Assembly: GCA_963555755.3 (NCBI GenBank)
Contig: OY820905.2
Coordinates: 3,777,196 to 3,841,195, forward strand
Direction of reading: 5' to 3'
DNA: 64,000 nucleotides
Source of the DNA: Nitrospirales bacterium
GTDB lineage: Bacteria; Nitrospirota; Nitrospiria; Nitrospirales; UBA8639
Part shown: piece by piece, positions 62,097-64,000 of the stretch
Layout: every line of letters starts with the position of its first letter
Numbering within the stretch: the first letter of the stretch is position 1
Position numbers and translations under genes: made by a program
Notes under the pieces: model-generated
Seen by the model: the letters and a program-made list of their open reading frames with translations, nothing else
What the model was told of the DNA's origin: nothing
Databases searched by the model: none

Positions 62097-62386
62097 GAGC
62101 CTGTCCAAGATTAGCGATCGTCACGAGGATGTGCTGGATTGAGTCAGATGTTTCGATCGTTTGAGGCGAATAGTGGGACTATTCAACGAAAACGGGGAAG
62201 GTTGAAAAAAGGCGTCCAGCAAGGCCGCAGGGCTTTGGGCGCGCGGAGCGTACACGCAGTACGTGAGCACGCCAAAAGCCCGAGAACGCAGCTGGCGGTC
62301 TTTTTCAACCTTCCCCGAAAAGGATCGGAAGATCTGGCCACATCCAGCGCATCAACCGTAGATCTGTCTAATCTTGAACAGGTTGC
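62096..62386. mobile_element. MITE family H, reverse orientation, degenerate right end
   Basis: Reverse complement of 44250-44540; begins at the TAG of the upstream gene. Confidence 0.85.
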
Positions 62387-62676
62387 AAGTCTGGGGTTTT
62401 GAGCCCGTAGAGCCAGCGGGCGGTTTTCTTCCCAACGTTCTTCACGGTATGTGGAACGCGGGCCGGGATGAGGACTTCTTCTCCGATTTTTGGGCGAATG
62501 CATCGTCCACCCATTTCAATTTCCAGTTCTCCGGCGATGGCCATGAACAATTCATCGGTGTCATGCCAATCGTCTTGCCAGGTTCGACGGGCGTGATCAA
62601 TCCACATTCCACAACTGAACCCTCGGGCATGCCATTGTTTTTCAATGTCTGTTTTTTCAACTTGTGCGATGTTCAC
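62368..62676 (-). CDS. Cupin domain protein
   Basis: WHDTDELF..G.....G.EVLIPA.VPH.V.N. Confidence 0.85.
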   Translation of the reverse strand: MNIAQVEKTDIEKQWHARGFSCGMWIDHARRTWQDDWHDTDELFMAIAGELEIEMGGRCIRPKIGEEVLIPARVPHTVKNVGKKTARWLYGLKTPDLQPVQD

Positions 62677-62715
62677 TGTTCAGTCCTTTCCAGTCTTAGC
62701 TGAAATGGCGTGTAT

Positions 62716-64000
62716 TTATGAGCACCCCGTGGTTTCGCCACAATTTCGGCAGACCAAGCACATGCCGTTCCGCACCAATTTAAACTGTTTGCAATTCTGG
62801 CAGGGGTCCCCTTCAAATCCAGTCTGATGGGCCGTATCGATCTCTGCGGTGTGGGTGACGGATTCCCGTGTCAATTCAAGTTTGTGTGAGACTTTTCCGT
62901 TTCCTCGCCCATTCCCGTGTTGTCCATTTTTATTGCCTCGCCGTGAAGGAAACAGCTCCGAGCTGATGGTGGCAGAGGTAATGGTTCTTGGGTCAGCGGG
63001 TTCATCGTCGGTGCATTCAGGGTCTTGTTTGACGGAATCTCCCCGAAGGTCTTCCTGTACAACCTGTTGCAGGTCAGTCCGGTCTAGATACGTGATGGCG
63101 AGTTCACGGAAGATGTAGTCGATGATTGAAGTCGACATTTTGATATGGTCATTCAGTTTGACGGGGCCATTGGGTTCGAACCGGGTGAAGAGGAAGGCTT
63201 CTACGAACTCTTCGAGTGGGACGCCATGTTGGAGCCCCAAAGAAATGGCGATGGCGAAGCAGTTGATCAAACTGCGGAAGGCGGCCCCTTCTTTGTGCAT
63301 ATCGAGGAAAATTTCTCCCAACGTGCCATCTTCATATTCTCCGGTTCGAAGATAAATTTTGTGACCGCCGACATTCGCCTTTTGGGTATAGCCCACTCGT
63401 CGAGTGGGAAGTGGACGACGTTTAGCTAAATACCGAACCATGATGCGTTCCGTGATCTGCTGAGCCTTGACCATGATCTCATCAGATGCTTCTGTGGTCT
63501 GGATAATGTCACTGGAGGCGCTCAGTGGTTGGCTGAGTTTCGAGCCATCACGATAGAGGGCCACGGCTTTGAGCATGTTTTTCCACCCCAAATAATAGGC
63601 ATCCTTGACATGGCCGACGGTGGATTCTGCTGGCATGTTGATGGTTTTGCTAATAGCTCCGCTGATAAACGGTTGGGCTGCGGCCATGGTGCGAATATGG
63701 GCATCAGTGGAAATATATCGTTTTCCAATTCGGCCACAGCGGTTGGCGCAATCAAAGACGGGCAAATGCTCAGTTTGGAGATGAGGCGCTCCTTCAACTG
63801 TCATCGTTCCGCAACAAAAATCATTTGCTGCTAAAATTTCTTCCTGTGCAAATCCTAGTTCCTTGAGCATATTGAACTTTGGGTCATTGAGTTGGGTATC
63901 CGTGAATCTTAAGCGATCTCGACAGAAGTCTTCGCCCAAGGTCCATTTATTAAACGCAAATTGAATTTCGAATACCCCATCGAGCGTGGCTTCGATTCGT
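62716..64000 (-). CDS. nrdJ: Vitamin B12-dependent ribonucleotide reductase, C-terminal part (5' end outside the window)
   Basis: [40 protein letters not shown], terminal C..C...C..CG; frame open to the window edge. Confidence 0.95.
   Translation of the reverse strand, partial: RIEATLDGVFEIQFAFNKWTLGEDFCRDRLRFTDTQLNDPKFNMLKELGFAQEEILAANDFCCGTMTVEGAPHLQTEHLPVFDCANRCGRIGKRYISTDAHIRTMAAAQPFISGAISKTINMPAESTVGHVKDAYYLGWKNMLKAVALYRDGSKLSQPLSASSDIIQTTEASDEIMVKAQQITERIMVRYLAKRRPLPTRRVGYTQKANVGGHKIYLRTGEYEDGTLGEIFLDMHKEGAAFRSLINCFAIAISLGLQHGVPLEEFVEAFLFTRFEPNGPVKLNDHIKMSTSIIDYIFRELAITYLDRTDLQQVVQEDLRGDSVKQDPECTDDEPADPRTITSATISSELFPSRRGNKNGQHGNGRGNGKVSHKLELTRESVTHTAEIDTAHQTGFEGDPCQNCKQFKLVRNGMCLVCRNCGETTGCS

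Noticed and set aside
7388-62503. Recurrent ORFs such as MLKKAASGVLALLPCSRT... and MSQMFRSFEANSGT... (7388, 32263, 40594, 44085, 44216, 58578, 59749, 62139 and others)
   Set aside because: They are translations of the MITE repeats, with variable frames and no coding signature.
1-64000. CRISPR array
   Set aside because: No regularly spaced 25-45 bp direct repeats with unique spacers, and no cas genes.

Overview
Bacterial chromosome segment of about 50% GC. It is probably Nitrospirota/Nitrospirales, inferred from the rho-rpmE-prfA-prmC-murA-hisGDBH-hisAF-hisIE-dnaG-rpoD gene order, an alginate-export-type porin and an FGE-sulfatase gene. The backbone is housekeeping: mutM, phoH, ybeY, ftsY, a lipid A modification cluster, tatA/B, yajQ, cstA, the his operon, dnaG-rpoD-tRNA-Ile(CAT), rnpB, tRNA-Glu and the 3' part of nrdJ. 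It also holds four toxin-antitoxin-type pairs and an OmcB-like DUF11 lipoprotein. The striking part is non-coding: intergenic regions are packed with small non-autonomous elements. (i) A 679-nt group IIC intron that has lost its RT ORF sits just downstream of a hairpin inside a dispersed repeat. (ii) Several MITE families have different termini and different target duplications (5 bp, TA, TAA, TTAA), yet most carry the same ERIC-like internal hairpin core. (iii) Three small genes (RAYT, DUF559 nuclease, four-helix-bundle protein) are each bracketed by their own inverted repeat class; for the DUF559 and four-helix-bundle classes, gene-less copies also occur elsewhere in the window. Removing MITEs in silico restores two interrupted genes. 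No CRISPR array, rRNA or intact transposase was seen. All coordinates and copy counts were read by eye.
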